Source: Octopus vulgaris
Lineage: Eukaryota
Direction: 5' to 3'
DNA: 64,000 bases
NCBI GenBank assembly: GCA_951406725.2
Contig: OX597822.1
Coordinates: 107,384,001-107,448,000, forward strand
The translations under genes and the position numbers were made by a program. The notes beneath the pieces are model-generated. The model saw only the letters and a list, made by a program, of their open reading frames with translations. It made no database searches and had not been told where the DNA came from. This document shows, piece after piece, positions 26,995 to 41,039 of this stretch; within the stretch, counting starts at the first letter, position 1; every line of letters begins with the position of its first letter.

Positions 26995-27652
26995 TCAGAA
27001 TTGGGCAAAGAACTTTATAACCTCCCCATATATTCACACCGTTGAACATAAATACATATTAAAATATCAGAGCGGTCAGCACACAAAATGTCAGAACGGT
27101 CAGCACACAAAACCCGAATATACATACATACTCATCTAAAAACGTGTGAAAAACCTGTAAAGAACGATGCGTATGAAGAAAATACATGAAGAAAATATGA
27201 ATGTATATATATACTAATGCGACTAAAAATTTAAAAATAATGTAGTTAAACTATTAAAGGTAAAAGGAATCCAGAATAACGTCCATCGTAAAGTGCAAGA
27301 AGGAATTCAAGTCTACGGTCGTTAATGGATTGTGGCAGTGGCTCCTGAAACGGCCGTAGATTTGAATTCCTTTTTGCACTTTACGATGGACGTTATTCTG
27401 GATTCCTCTTATCTTAAATAGTTTAGTCGCCTTGCTATATATACATTCATATTTTCTTCGTGTATTTTCTCCATATACTGTCATACCCATCATTCTTTAC
27501 AGGTTTTTCACACGTTCTTATATGTATATATACGTATATTCATAAACCATCGGATTTTGTGTGCTGAACGACCTGCGATCTTAATATGTGTTTATTTATG
27601 TTCACCTGTGTGAATATATGGGGATGATATAAAGCTGTTTGCCTAATTCTAA
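26995..27652. repeat. ~660-bp imperfect palindrome centred near 27335
   Basis: GGAATCCAGAATAACGTCCATCGTAAAGTGCAA pairs with TTGCACTTTACGATGGACGTTATTCTGGATTCC; the outer arms also pair. Confidence 0.88.
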
Positions 27653-27754
27653 CGTTTACGATTTAATTACTGAGTTTGACTTTTGCCTCGGTTTTTTACT
27701 TAAGCACTTCTATTTGCAGCCCTACATTCATTTAATTTTTTTATTTCTATAAGA

Positions 27755-27793
<39 letters not shown>

Positions 27794-27840
27794 ATAAAAA
27801 GACTATGGAGGATTTAACAAATCGCTAATGTGTATACAAT

Positions 27841-28529
27841 AATTAATAAGGACAGATGTTTGCAACGTTATACCGTGAGGGAAAATTATAGTCGTCAGCT
27901 AAACTTCAATATGTGTGTGAATAACACCTCTATTACTTAAAATAAGACTTAAAATTCTCCAATGCTGTTACCATGCACACAACATATACTCTGATAGAGA
28001 CTGCAATCGCCCCGAACACCGAACCGAGAATTTCTAAGACTGAAGGTCCGTTTCAGCAATTTCCGTTGTCATCGTTCGGTTGATTCCGGGCTAGCTCGCC
28101 TATCTCTATATTCCTCATAAAAATCTATGGATGATTTAGCAGCTCGCTAGTGTGTATACAAAATAATTAAAAAATCACAGAAGCAGCTTCTTTAAACTTT
28201 ATATCTGCTAAACCATCAATAGATTTTTATGGTGAATATATATATTGTGATAGGTGAGCAAGCCCGGAATCAATCGAACGACCTGGCCTTAATGAAGATG
28301 TCAGCGGAAATTGCCGAAACGGGCCGATCAGTCTAAGAGATTCTCGGTTCGGTGTTCAAGGCGATTGCAGGGACTATCAGAGTATCTGTTATGGTTTTTG
28401 TAACAACATTGGAGCATGTTAGCTCCTATTTCTAGCAATTTAGGTATTATTCACACTCTTAGTTAAGTTTAGTTGACTGCTATACATTTCCTTTACGGTA
28501 TAACGTTGCAACATCTGTTTTTATTAATT
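27841..28529. repeat. ~690-bp diverged inverted repeat between (TA)n tracts with a decayed hammerhead-like motif (28292-28334)
   Basis: ACAGATGTTTGCAACGTTATACCGT pairs with ACGGTATAACGTTGCAACATCTGT, and GAACACCGAACCGAGAAT pairs with ATTCTCGGTTCGGTGTTC. Confidence 0.85.
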
Positions 28530-28585
<56 letters not shown>

Positions 28586-28592
<7 letters not shown>

Positions 28593-28869
28593 ATCACTGT
28601 GACCGACCAGGCTATCAGATGTTGCTACACATCGCTGGTCACAATACGCTTCGTATTGTTTTAGCCACTGGCTAAGCGGGCAGGCCAACAGAAGAAAGAG
28701 TGAGAGAAAGCTGTGGTGAAAGACTACAGCAGGGATCGCCACCACCCCCTGTCGGAGCCTCGTGGACATTTTAGGTGTTTTCGCTCAATAAACATTCACA
28801 ACGCCCGGTTTGGAAATCGAAAGCGCAATCCTACAACCACGAGCCCGCTGCCCTAACCACTGGGCCATT
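28586..28869 (-). mobile_element. SINE family C2 (C1 head, different tail; possibly OR2-type)
   Basis: Homologous to 62594-62903. Confidence 0.82.
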
Positions 28870-28879
28870 TTGTATATAT

Positions 28880-28925
<46 letters not shown>

Positions 28926-29004
28926 TATACCTATATGCCCACGGTTATATAGTCAGACGTACGTATTTATAAACATTCACATGCGTACACACATGCAATA
29001 CACA

Positions 29005-29058
<54 letters not shown>

Positions 29059-31062
29059 GAGAGAGAGAGAGAAAGAGAGCTAAAAAGAGAGGCGAGAGGA
29101 AAAGAGAGCAAAAGACAAGGAACCTGAAATGACTCCAATGCATTTAGAATGTTTGTGTACATAGCTTTTGAATGAAATTAAAAAGGAAAGTCTGTGAATA
29201 TTCTAAACACTTTACTCAGACATTTTGTTTAATATATATCAAACATATATAACGGTTATGGTTATCTAGTAAGTAATCAATATTTTGTGTATACACTCAT
29301 ATTGTAAAATATCCAGTACAAAGGTATCATCATGAACAACTGAATATTTATTTTCTTTAGGTAAAGAGCATGATATTGAGAGAATCTCCGTTCATTGTTC
29401 CGCAACTTAACTGTTGTTATGATTTTATTTCCCTCGGCTAACGTTTTCCTTTTTTTTACTTTTAGATTACACAAATTATAATAGCATAGACTTTTCTTTA
29501 GAAGCATTTTAAACATTCACACAAAGCGAAACAATTATCTGTTTATTTATTTATATATTCATTTATTAATTCATTCATTTTTCTTTTTCGTTGACATGCC
29601 TGCTAACAGTTAATTCAAACGGGTGACTTCTATTGTGCAAAAATATATAAAACACCATTTATTTCACTGAAATTTACTCATTTTATAAATGATGTTCAAA
29701 GAGACTAGTTTTACTCTGGGTACACATATAAAAAATACATCTATTCTATATGATGCTATTCATTTAATAGTTTCGATATACTCGCCACTTTATAATTTTA
29801 GTTTACTGTATTTTATATTTTGAAATTTCTTTCGTAAAAAAACGCATCTTTTATTTTATAGAAAGTGCAAAACATTGTTATATAAACAACCCAAATGCTT
29901 CCAAGCACACTCACAAACTTATTTACCTTTATATTTATTGGCAACCCGTAATTATTAGCCTCATGAAAATAGTTCTGATCAAAATTTATGGCCGAAATTC
30001 CATCAAAAAATCAATAACCATTTCACAAGTCAATGTACTCTTTGCATTTGACACCTGTTTTTGGAGAAAGAGGTTCCGATGTTTTCTTTCGTATCAGTTC
30101 ATCTCTTTGAACTAAAAGAGTTATTCGTTCCCACACTAACATGCCAATTAATGGTGCCGAACAATTCTTGTTGAAGATGAAAAGCTCGAAGCTTTTATGC
30201 AATGTCACAATCAGTAACTTCCGAATTGTAACCGGTTTATCGCTAACGAACAAAGCGTTACTTTAGTGCAATTGTTTAGATGCGTTCATGGTGCATTGCT
30301 TTAGGTTGCTTAAGTGAATTTAATCTGAAATGCTGATGTTATTTTTACAGATGTTATTATAGCGCTTGTCTCCATAGACATATATTCTGCTATAACTGGT
30401 GTCTATCTTCGACTGAAAGCATTTGAAGAATGAACTATTTCAAATAAATGACACTATATATTTAAGTAGAAAGAAGTGAAGGGAGACACGTAAATTGACT
30501 GAATGAGCCGTGATCGAGAGATACAAAATCAAAAAGGGGGAAAAAGGATCCGGAATAAAAGCAGAGCATAATGCTACCGCTGAGTATAATTTCAGCCGCC
30601 CAAAGAATTAAAACGTTTTAATTCTTTAACCATTCTGTTGTACGGATGAGAGAAAAGAAATTAAAATCAATTTCAATGTCTTAAATGTTTTCTCTAATAT
30701 TCTCGAGTTAATAAATCTTCAAAGAGAAAAAAGAAATCCATTCTAACATGCAAACAAACGGAGCTCTGCCAAAGAACCGTAGCGACTCCATTTTCATTGG
30801 TACCTTCGTTGTTTAAATCTCATCACATTTCTTTTTTAAACTAAACGGATAACAATCATTTACTCATGTGCTTTTTATATATTGAGATGTACTTCATATA
30901 CTAGAAATAGTGGCCAAGGTTTCCTCAAATAGCGCATTATTATCTAATAAAATAAAGGTCACGCTGGATAATGTAGTTCTGAACAGACTGTATCTAAATA
31001 TAAATGAGATGTTCATTACTGGAGCGTGTTTGATTACAGGGCGGTATGATTATGTCTGGTAA

Positions 31063-31659
31063 GGCGGCGAGCTGGAAGAAACGTTAGCACACCGGGAGAA
31101 ATGCGTAGCCGTATTTCGTCTGCCGCTACGTTATGAGTTCAAATTCCGCCGAGGTCGACTTTACCTTTCATCCTTTCGGGGTCGATAAATTAAGTACCAG
31201 TTACGCACTGGGGTCGATGTAATCGACTTAATCCCTTTGTCTGTCCTTGTTTGTCCTCTCTGTGTTTAGCCCCTTGTGGGTAGTAAAGAAATAGGTATTT
31301 CGTCTGCCGCTACGTTCTGAGTTCAAATTCCACCGAGGTGGACTTTGCCTTTCATCCTTTCGGGGTCGATAAATTAAGTACCAGTTACGCACTGGGGTCG
31401 GTGTGACCGACTTAATCCCTTTGTCTGTCCTAGTTTGTCCTCTCTGTGTTTAGCCCCTTGTGGGTAGTAAAGAAATAGGTATTTCGTCTGCCGCTACGTT
31501 CTGAGTTCAAATTCCACCGAGGTCGACTTTGCCTTTCATCCTTTCAGGGTCGATAAATTAAGTACCAGTTACGCACTGGGGTCGGTGTGACCGACTTAAT
31601 CCCTTTGTCTGTCCTTGTTTGTCCTCTGTGTTTAGCCCCTTGTGGGTAGTAAAGAAATA
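31063..31659 (+). mobile_element. SINE family A head-to-tail trimer with 17-bp TSD
   Basis: Units restart at GGTATTTCGTCTGCC (31294, 31478). TSD GGTATGATTATGTCTGG at 31043-31059 and 31660-31676. Confidence 0.9.
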
Positions 31660-32025
31660 GGTATGATTATGTCTGGCTTGTGGCTAAACAGTATTAGCAG
31701 CCGGTCATTGTTTTCTTTTTACAAACAGAAACTAAGGCTTTCCCATTAACATTTTTATCTGTAGTATCACTAAACAATAGTTGTAAGAAAGAATGCTTGG
31801 CCCAGAAAGGCACATTTATCATCAGGTAGTCAAGAATTTCAAAATCAACACTTCCAAACGTCTTAACCGGGTGCGTAGAGAACATTGTTCTTTATAAAAC
31901 TGAAACACGGACAAATGAGGAGCTTCAAGATGATCCATTTCAACTGCATTTGCTCAATTCAGAAAGCGGGCCTCTGCTACAATTTATATACTAAGCCATA
32001 GTGAATGTTATATTTCAGAGATTTT

Positions 32026-32079
<54 letters not shown>

Positions 32080-32630
32080 GCCCTGATGCAGTACCAGGCA
32101 GTGGCTCTCATGGCTTCTGATCTTAACTGATTGGAAGTGTTATCATGTACATTGTTTTGTCTTGGTATAAACGATGGGCTACAGCAAATATTCTGCTCAA
32201 TACCACAGATTTGCTTGTCAGTTGTTTGACCATAACCAGTTGAGCACGTCCCTTAGTGGCTGACGATATGTGCATCTCTGATCACGAGCAGTAGTGGGGG
32301 AGCATCATAGCCATGTGTTGAGAGGGATTCTTTGGGGTTTGAATAATTCACCTCTGGAAACATGGGTGGTTCTTTCAACATCCTTAAACAACCCTTATTC
32401 AGGGACATTTTGAGCGGGATGGGCTACTCAACCTGAAGAAAATTCTAACTGGGCCCCACCTGCAAGGTCATGTGCTGTTTATCTTGATATGAGATCACCA
32501 TGTCGCGCACATATGGTTGTGATGCATGTGCCTTGTGTACCCTTATCAGACGGGTAGTCATGATGGGTATATTGGGCTTCGTATATTTTACCCAGTGTCA
32601 CTTTGATGGCATGAACTGCTCTCTCACTCA
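32080..32630 (+). mobile_element. Family D repeat embedded in (AAT)n
   Basis: Homologous to 2515-3052. Confidence 0.85.
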
Positions 32631-32656
32631 ATAATAATAATAATAACAATAATAAT

Positions 32657-32923
32657 GAAATTATTGTATACCACAACTTGTCGAAAGTGCGTATAAAGCA
32701 TATGCAGTAATGTACATATGTCTGGAAGGTGAACAGTGTATGAGTCAGATACATGCTTGCATGTGTGTATGGAGGGGAGAAAATCAGGTGTAGTGTTGGC
32801 GAATCTCAGGAAGCATGGAAATTTTGAAGGATGCAGTGCTCCGACAACTAACAACTGATGCCGGCAGTTTGTTCCATGCGTCAACAACTCTTAGCATGAA
32901 AAAATGTTTCCGAAAGTCATGGG
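32657..32923 (-). mobile_element. CR1-type LINE 3' end
   Basis: Minus strand reads SHDFRKHFFMLRVVDAWNKLPASVVSCRSTASFK followed by a UTR. Confidence 0.8.
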
Positions 32924-33164
32924 AAACATTTATACCCTAATAGAAAGTAAAGGCTATTCAACGATCTTGATGTTATCGATCGATACAAGCAATATGAAAC
33001 TGAGTACATACGGAAACTAATGAAGTACAGAGATCCTTGGTACGGTTTGGCGAAACAGATGTCATTTGCAGCAGCTTGATAAACACATACGGGCACACAC
33101 ACACAAACACACACACACACACGCACAGCCGCACACACACGGGCGTGAGCGCACAAATATAACA

Positions 33165-33665
33165 TCATATAATGGTCTCTTCTATCGGTTTCAACGTATG
33201 AGGGTCCGACAACCAGCACTTTCTTTGTCAGTCATGATGCTTATGTCGAATGTGATATAACGATTTGCGAAGATCACAGATGTTGCGAGTATGAGGATAA
33301 CAGCTCAATACAGGTGGTATATTTGCACCTGCTTCTCTCATTGGCCCTGAACCCCTTGGCCTGTTGATGCTGGTTGAAATAATGTCTTTTATACCATTTT
33401 GACACGATGACATCCATTTTGTTCTTTCCAAGGCTCTTTGCTCAAAGGTATTGTGCACTATATTGACAGCTTGTCCTTATATTTGAGCCATGATCGACTG
33501 GCATTCCTGTGTGCACTATCAAGCTGCTGTACATATGGACTTTGAGTATTCTCTGGTCACTCATTCGAACAAAATGTCCACACCAGCGCAATTGCGACTA
33601 CATAAGGAAGTTCTCGGTTCATCATTCTTTCACTTACTAAACAGCTCAACATTAGACACTCTGTC
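33165..33665 (-). mobile_element. Decayed RTE-clade LINE 3' end
   Basis: Reads RVSNVELF, SQLRWCGHFVRMSDQRILK and KYKDKL. Confidence 0.78.
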
Positions 33666-33721
33666 GTTATTATATAATATAATATAATATAATATAATAT
33701 AATATGATATAAATAAAATAA

Positions 33722-33968
33722 ATACGCCCTTTTAAGGCCTAGCCAGGCTCATAGGCCCGGTTTCCCCGATTTCTATGGCGTATGTGTTCCCTAGCTGGAC
33801 GGGACGCTAGTCCATCACAGCGTTACTCACTTTTGCCAGCTGAGTGGACTGGAGCAACGTGAAATGAAGTGTTTCGCTCAAGAACACAACGCGTCGCCAG
33901 GTCTAGGAATTGAAACCACAATCTTACGGTCATGGTGCTGACACTCTAACCACTAAGCCACGCGCCTG
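33722..33968 (-). mobile_element. tRNA-derived SINE (family G) in (ATATT)n
   Basis: GGCGCGTGGCTTAGTGGTTAG A box, GTTTCAATTCC B box, central GATGGACTAGCGTCCCGTCCAG. Confidence 0.75.
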
Positions 33969-34818
33969 CAGATTATATAATATAATATAATATAGTAGTA
34001 GATTTGTTAGTATGATTACATATTGAAAATATGAGGTTTTGTGTATTGGCTTCCAATTAATCCGGCTATCCCGTATATACGGTCCCTTGTGTCACATGCA
34101 AAAGAGAGTTTCAAATCTTCAATTATGTGAAATTGGTTTTGAAATAACAAGACAGAAAAAAAAAAAGCAATCGCCGAGAGTTTAAAATTTAGAAACTGTC
34201 AGCAAGGGGCATTAACATCAGCTAAGTGAAATTTGAAGTATGAAAATTAATGAATAAACACTGCAATTAGGAATGGACACTATCTTAAAAATCGGTTGAG
34301 GAACACAAGGGAAAACAAGGGATGACAGATCTCAGAAGGCTAGAGAAAGTTGCGCCTTTTAATTACACGGTTGAATGCATTTCAGTAAATGTTCCACTTC
34401 ACTATGAGTATCTAGAAGCATCGACATTTGTCTTGAATTGTGACATTCCTGTGAGAGAAATCTTTATCAAATTCTGCAAGAAGATCTAGACGCAACTAGG
34501 AATTATGCTTTGGCAAAAATGACTTAAAACCAAGGTGCGTTTTGTGAATAACAGGGGATGAATTAATAAAGGTTGAACTGTGTATTGGAGTATGAAATTA
34601 AGTATCAGTGTTAGTGTAAAGCACAGATTCCTCGCCAGGCTGTCGTTCGGATTTAGCTTTTTATTTTCGGGCTCCTCATTTCTCTATTTCACTCTCCTAC
34701 GAATACACACACTCAAAACACTCACGTAGAAGTTGAGAAATTGTGACGTTAATTCAAGATCAATAAGAAAACATCGGCGCTTCTCTGTGTGTGTGTGTGC
34801 GTGCGTGTGCGTATACAT

Positions 34819-34873
<55 letters not shown>

Positions 34874-35319
34874 CGTATACATAGAAATATTCATACTAAT
34901 AACATTTGGTGGGTATCATTTATTGTCTAATTAATGAATTCTGTATGTATATATTCTGAAGCACTTATACAATTTCTGTAATCGAATGTTAATGAGAAAT
35001 TGATTCTTAAAATTGAAATTTTTAGTTCTACTGACTAAAAAAACAAAAAAAACTAACACCTTTTAAATGTTCGAACCTACCACCTTTTACAGGTGTGAAC
35101 AGCAAACGCATGGTGTGCATAAGTCCAGACCATAACCATGGCTAAAAGAAAAGTCAATGAAATATTAGCTTCATAAAGACACCATTGACACCTCTGTAAC
35201 ACTACTAGCAGCACATCAATGGCCGTACAACATGGGAGATTTTGATAACGCATCATGGGGAGAATAGTGGTAAAAATAAAGTTGCAGTTTTAAAAATGTA
35301 GGTTATTTACTTTACTTTT

Positions 35320-35515
35320 TACTCTTTACTCTTTTACTTGTTTCAGTCATTTGACTGCGGCCATGCTGGAGCACCGCCTTTAGTCGAGCAAATCGACTCC
35401 AGGACTTATTCTTTGTAAGCCCAGCACTTATTCTATCGGTCTCTTTCAACGAACCGCTAAGTGACGTGGACGTAAACGCACCAGCATCGGTTGTCAAGCA
35501 ATGCTGGGGGGACAA

Positions 35516-35550
<35 letters not shown>

Positions 35551-35721
35551 CATATATACGACAGGCTTCTTTCAGTTTCCGTCTACCAAATCCACTCACT
35601 AAGCATTGGTCGGTCCGAGGCTATAGTAGAAGACACTTGCCCAAGATGCCACGCAGTGGGACTGAACCCGGAACCATGTGGTTGGTTAGCAAGCTACTTA
35701 CCACACAGCCACTCCTGCGCC
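35320..35721 (-). mobile_element. Full-length SINE family B
   Basis: Reverse complement of 16521-16925. Confidence 0.88.
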
Positions 35722-35861
35722 TTTAAGACGAAACATATATAGACAGCTCTCTTCATAGCAATGAAATCGTAATCTAGGGCTACGTTCAATATATTCAGGT
35801 ATACTCTTCTGTCAATCTCAATATTTATACAAATAACTAAGTATGGCGGTATAGGTCAGTA

Positions 35862-36088
35862 GCGAGCTGGCAGAAACGTTAGCACGTCGGGCGAAATGCT
35901 TAGCGGTATTTCGTCTGCCGTTACGTTCTGAGTTCAAATTCCGCCGAGGTCGACTTTGTCTTTCATCCTTTCGGGGTCAATAAATTAAGTACCAGTTACG
36001 CACTGGAGTCGATTTAATCGACTTAATCTATTTGTCTGTCCTTGTTTGTCCCCTCTGTGTTTAGCCCCTTGTGGGTAGTAAAGAAATA
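35862..36088 (+). mobile_element. SINE family A with 15-bp TSD
   Basis: TSD GGTATAGGTCAGTAG at 35848-35862 and 36089-36103. Confidence 0.9.
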
Positions 36089-36467
36089 GGTATAGGTCAG
36101 TAGTTCGCTTCTTAGCTACGCAGATTTTGATTCAATCCCATCGAGCGTCTTTAATTACTGCCTTGGACTGAGTGATAACATGTGATTCAATTTGTTGGAT
36201 GAACATTTTATGGAATTCCCTCCAATATACATACCCACACGTACGTATATACATATACAAATGCGCGCATATGTGTAGATACACACACACACACACTCAT
36301 ATACCTGTGTGTGTGTGTGTAGTATATAAGTGTTCCGCTTTGCCTGTAGATTTATAACTGTTGTTTTCTGTGCGTCCCTGAATGTTAGTGGTTCGGCAAG
36401 GCAGAGCGATAAAATAAGTTTCAGGCTTAAAAAATTAAGTCGATTCCACCGATTAAAATTTTGCACA

Positions 36468-37064
36468 GCGGCGAGCTGGCAGAAATGCTTTGCAGTATTT
36501 CGCCTGCCGCTATGTTCTGAGTTCAGATTCCGCCGAGGTCGACTTTACCTTTCATCCTTTCGGGGTCAAAAAATTAAGTACCAGTTACGCACTGGGGGCG
36601 TTATAATCGACTCAATCCGTTCGTCTGTCCTTGTTTGTCCCCTCTGTGTTTATAGCCCCTTGTGAGTAGTAAAGAAATCGGTATTTCATCTGCCGCTACG
36701 TTTCGTCTGTCTTTATGTTCTGAGTTCAAATTCCGCCGAGGTCGACTTTGCTTTTCATCCTTTCGGGGTCGATTAAATAAACACCAGTTATGCACTGGGG
36801 TCGATGTAATCGACTTAATCCGTTCGTCTGTCCTTGTTTGTCCTCTCTGTGTTTAGCCCTTTGTGAGTAGTAAAGAAATAGGTATTACGTCTGGCGCTAC
36901 GTTCTGAGTTCAAATTCCGCCGAGGTCGACTTTGCCTTTCATCCTTTCGGAGTCGATTAAATAAGCACCAGTTAGGCACTGGGGTCGATGTAATCGACTT
37001 AATCCGTTCGTCTGTCCTTGTTTGTCCTTTCTGTGTTTAGCCCCTTATGGGTAGTAAAAGAATA
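36468..37064 (+). mobile_element. SINE family A trimer
   Basis: Units restart at GGTAT (36680, 36881). Confidence 0.88.
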
Positions 37065-38227
37065 AGTATTCAGGCATATCTGCAGTCTAATGATTTATTC
37101 ACGTAGAATATAAAAGATAATTTCTCGACAGGAAACAAAGTATATTTCTTCCACTGATTGTTGATTAGTTTTCTCATTTTCTCTACATCTTATACCATTA
37201 TTCAGCTGAAACAACGCCATAATTGTTTCCCCTTTTTCCTGACTCACAATTGTAAAAGGTGGACTTGTGAGATTCTACATTTCTTGCGGTCAGTGAACTT
37301 CACGAAATCCCTGAGGTAATGGATATCCTTGTATATGGATTGCCATTATTTTCTTCCTGAGCTATTACACGTTATTGAAAAGGAGAAGAATAATCGATAA
37401 GATACATCCTTGTCTCCTGCTGATATTCATTTCATGAATATCAAAGAAAAATGGACAATTTTGTTGCCGGATTTTAGGTTAGAATTTAAAGATACGATAT
37501 TAATAACAAGTCTCCTAATTTGCTGTTGGTCCCAAGTCAATATTGTCATATCGATTCCTAACATCAGTGAAGTACAAAGTATCGCATAAGTTGGAGAGAA
37601 CTATTTCTAATCGAATCCATTCAAATTTGTTTAATTTTCAATTTTCCCGGAATTATAAAATACAACCTGTTTACTTTAATGTAACTGTTTTTTGTCGTTC
37701 AGTTCATGAATATCGCTTGTCTTCTATTGGTTGAAATATACAGCATTCTAGAAAGATGCGTAACTGATTGAATAAAGTGATTACACACCTGTTACAAATG
37801 ACATTCGCATTATCCATGAGAAAGTATCTATAATATTTTAGTGTATTTTCCTTCTTCAAGTGAAGATGATGATGCTAACGGTTAACTAAATTTTCAAGTA
37901 CTTTACTAACCTGCATCGATATATTTATAAATGTCCGCCCATTATATTGATAGAACATCGTTTATGTAATACAACGTTCATGATTTTTTTCCTTAATAGC
38001 TGGCTGGGTAATATTATGGAAGTAGTTCAAGCGAAATAAATCTATCAACATGTTATTGAGAAAGTGCCAGTAAACGTAGGTGCCTTTTGTCGTGTCCCGT
38101 ATATACAAGCTGCATCATAACAGTGAAAAACTGGAAAGGATGACGACGCATCGAGACAAGTAATATAATCTTACCTGGACGACGAGTAGCTATCTTTGAC
38201 TTGAGGTTGAATATGCGGGAAAGGTGA

Positions 38228-38542
38228 GAGACTGTTATATAAAGCAAAGCGGCATAATCCGTATAAAAAAACTGGGATAATTATTCTTCAAGATGAATTT
38301 ACACTCCTTTTTATTACTATCGGCACACAAAAGCTCTAGAACCTTCGGCCAGACGATTTGGTAGGAAGGCTAGTACATTTCCTTAGAGACTGTTTTATAA
38401 AGCAAAGCGGCATAATTCGTATAAAAAACTGGGATAATTATTCTTCAAGATGAATTTACACTCATTTTTATTACTATCGGCACACAAAAGCTCTAGAACC
38501 TTCGGCCACACGATTTGGTAGGAAAGCTAGTACATTTCCTTT
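38228..38542. repeat. 158-bp tandem duplication
   Basis: 38228-38385 and 38386-38542 are nearly identical. Confidence 0.92.
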
Positions 38543-38829
38543 GAAGATTGCCTCTTCAGCCAAAATAATCTAGCCATTACTACTTAGTTAAGCCACGTTC
38601 ACGTAGGTGTTAATGTCTTTTATGGCAACAATTTTCCTTTTACGGGATTAGTTCATTGTTCTAGAATGGGAAAATCCGAGACTTTGGTTCAAATCAGGGC
38701 AGAGACTTGTTATAACGACTTGTGTCTCATTCGCTTCACTCGGCAATTGATTTCGTTTTAAGTGAGCAGAAATATACAGAAATATACATATGTGTGTGTG
38801 CGTGTGTTAGAGTGCGTGTATATATATTA

Positions 38830-39398
38830 AGCGAAGTGGCTATGGCGAAAGAATGTATCTGGTGGACGTGTCTGAAAGGATTAAAGACAAACACTTTCTT
38901 CTCTGGTCAATCTCCCATCAACTTCTTCAAGAATCACTTGAAAAGGAAAGTTAGAGTAGAGAGGCAAGTTTTGTCTAGCGAATGTTTCAAAAAAAGATGG
39001 GTGAATGTAGCAAGGATGGCACGTATGAATGACGAAGCCACCTTGAGCATAATCCTATGAACCCGGAAAAATTTAAAACAGAGAGTTACTTGCAATTAAA
39101 TGTGTTAACATGTGACATTATTGACCGAGGTCACCGTAGTCTTTTCTTTCCAGGGATAAACCTTATCTGCTTCCTCCTTTACACTTTACATCATGACATT
39201 TCTGTGATACACGATCCCTATTGATCGTTTCTTTTTCTTTACTTTTTACGATCCCTTTTGATCGAAAACCTACCCCACAATTTTTTCTTCCCAAAAAGAA
39301 AAGCTCTACTTTGTAATTTGTCCCGTCTGTGTTCAACCCTGTATGGCTAATAAAGAAACATATCTATCTATTTGTTTGTCTGTCTGTCTGTATATCTG

Positions 39399-39440
<42 letters not shown>

Positions 39441-39743
39441 ATATAACAATATTGACCAAGGTTACCGTGGTCTTTTTCGTAGGCTTTTCTTACCACGGAT
39501 AAACCTTACTTGCTTTCCCCTTTACACCATACATCATAACACTGTGGTACACGATCCCTATTGATCGTTTTTTTCCTCTTCCCCTTTTTTTCCCCTTTTC
39601 TCTTCTTTTTTTTCATTTCTCTTTTCTTTTGTTCCTTTTCCTTTTCTTCTTTTTTTTAATTTTTTTTTTAATCCCCCAAAAGAAAAGCTCTACCTTGTAA
39701 CTTGTCCCATCTGTGTGCAGCCCTGTGTGGTCAATAAAGAAAC

Positions 39744-39806
<63 letters not shown>

Positions 39807-40025
39807 ATTGACATTTCTGTGATAACGATCCCTATTGATCAATTTTTTTTTTCCTCTCCCCCTTTTTTTTAACCCCCCCTTTTTTGTCCTCTTTCTCTCC
39901 TTTTACGATCCCTTTTGATCGAAACTCCCCCTTCCTTTTATTTTTTTTTTAAACCTTCAAAAGAAAAGCTCTACCTTGTAATTTGTTCTATCTGTGTGCA
40001 GCCCTGTGTGGCTAATAAAGAAACA
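38830..40025 (+). mobile_element. Three stacked 3' ends of a Tx1/L1-like LINE separated by (TATC)n
   Basis: C-terminus VAMAKECIWWT..FFKNHLKRKVRVERQVLSSECFKKRW* (to 39060). UTR copies end AATAAAGAAAC plus (TATC)n at 39360, 39744 and 40025. Confidence 0.72.
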
Positions 40026-40467
40026 TATCTATCTATCTATCTATCTGTCTGTCTACCTATGTGTCTATTTATCTGCCTGCCTGCATTATTGCCTATCAGT
40101 TTGTCTACGTATGCCGGTATGTGTGCGTGTGTTCGGTTACGTATCTATGTACGGGATGTTTGATCATTATTTATCTAAAGATGATTGCAAAAACATGGAA
40201 AAACGAGCGACTAAGTGAGAAACGGAGAAAGACCGAGAGAGAGAGAAGAAAAGAGAGCGAGAAGGGAGAGAGAGAACAGTGAAGTGAACGAATATCCAAG
40301 TATGTGGCGGGAAAATCTTGTTCTGTGTCTGTGTGTTCGCACCGCTATCGGATCAGCAGTGAATTCTCTTAATTCAACAGTTTTTACATCTTACTGTCAA
40401 TGGAAGCTGGAACCCCTTAAGAAATTACAATAAGCTGCAATAAACTGGACATTTTACTATATATATA

Positions 40468-40862
40468 GGCGCAGGATTGGCTGTGTGGTAAGTAGCTTGC
40501 TAACCAACCGCATGGTTCCGGGTTCAGTCCCACTGCGTGGCATCTTGGGCAAGTGTCTTCTGCTATAGCCCCGGGCCGACCAATGCCTTGTGAGTTTATT
40601 TGGTAGACGGAAACTGAAAGAAGCCTGTCGTATATATGTATATATATATAAGTGTGTGTGTATATGTTTGTCCCCCTAGCATTGCTTGACAACCGATGCC
40701 GGTGTGTTTACGTCCCCGTCACTTAGCGGTTCAGCAAAAGAGAACGATAGAATAAGTACTGGGCTTGCAAAGAATAAGTCCCGGTGTCGATTTGCTCGAC
40801 TAAAGGTGGTGCTCCAGCATGGCCGCAGTCAAATGACTGAAACAAGTAAAAGAGTAAAAGAG
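40468..40862 (+). mobile_element. Full-length SINE family B
   Basis: Matches 16521-16925. Confidence 0.88.
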
Positions 40863-41039
40863 TATACTTGCTACAGACATTCTTTTAATAGTATGTTGTC
40901 TCTTAAAACATGTTGAATTCCACACTAATTATATAAGTTAAAGCGAATCCTGTAGTTAAACCACATATAAATACACGCACCTTTACTTTATACGAATAAC
41001 ATTGATACTGGGTGTGTGTGCGTGCATGTGTTTGTGTGT

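Noticed and set aside
31063-31659. Regularly spaced repeats superficially like a CRISPR array
   Set aside because: These are whole ~184-bp SINE units without unique spacers, in a eukaryotic context with no cas genes.
31694-31885. 63-aa ORF with ordinary composition (similarly 30023-30253)
   Set aside because: No recognisable homology or consistent splice chain.
34240-34600. Possible mariner-like transposase remnant (LYQILQEDL)
   Set aside because: A single weak motif with many stops and no clear TIR pair.
37100-38200. Possible decayed L1/Tx1 RT on the minus strand (RQGCILS, IQGYPLP)
   Set aside because: Only two short motifs amid many stops; plausible but not supportable by eye.
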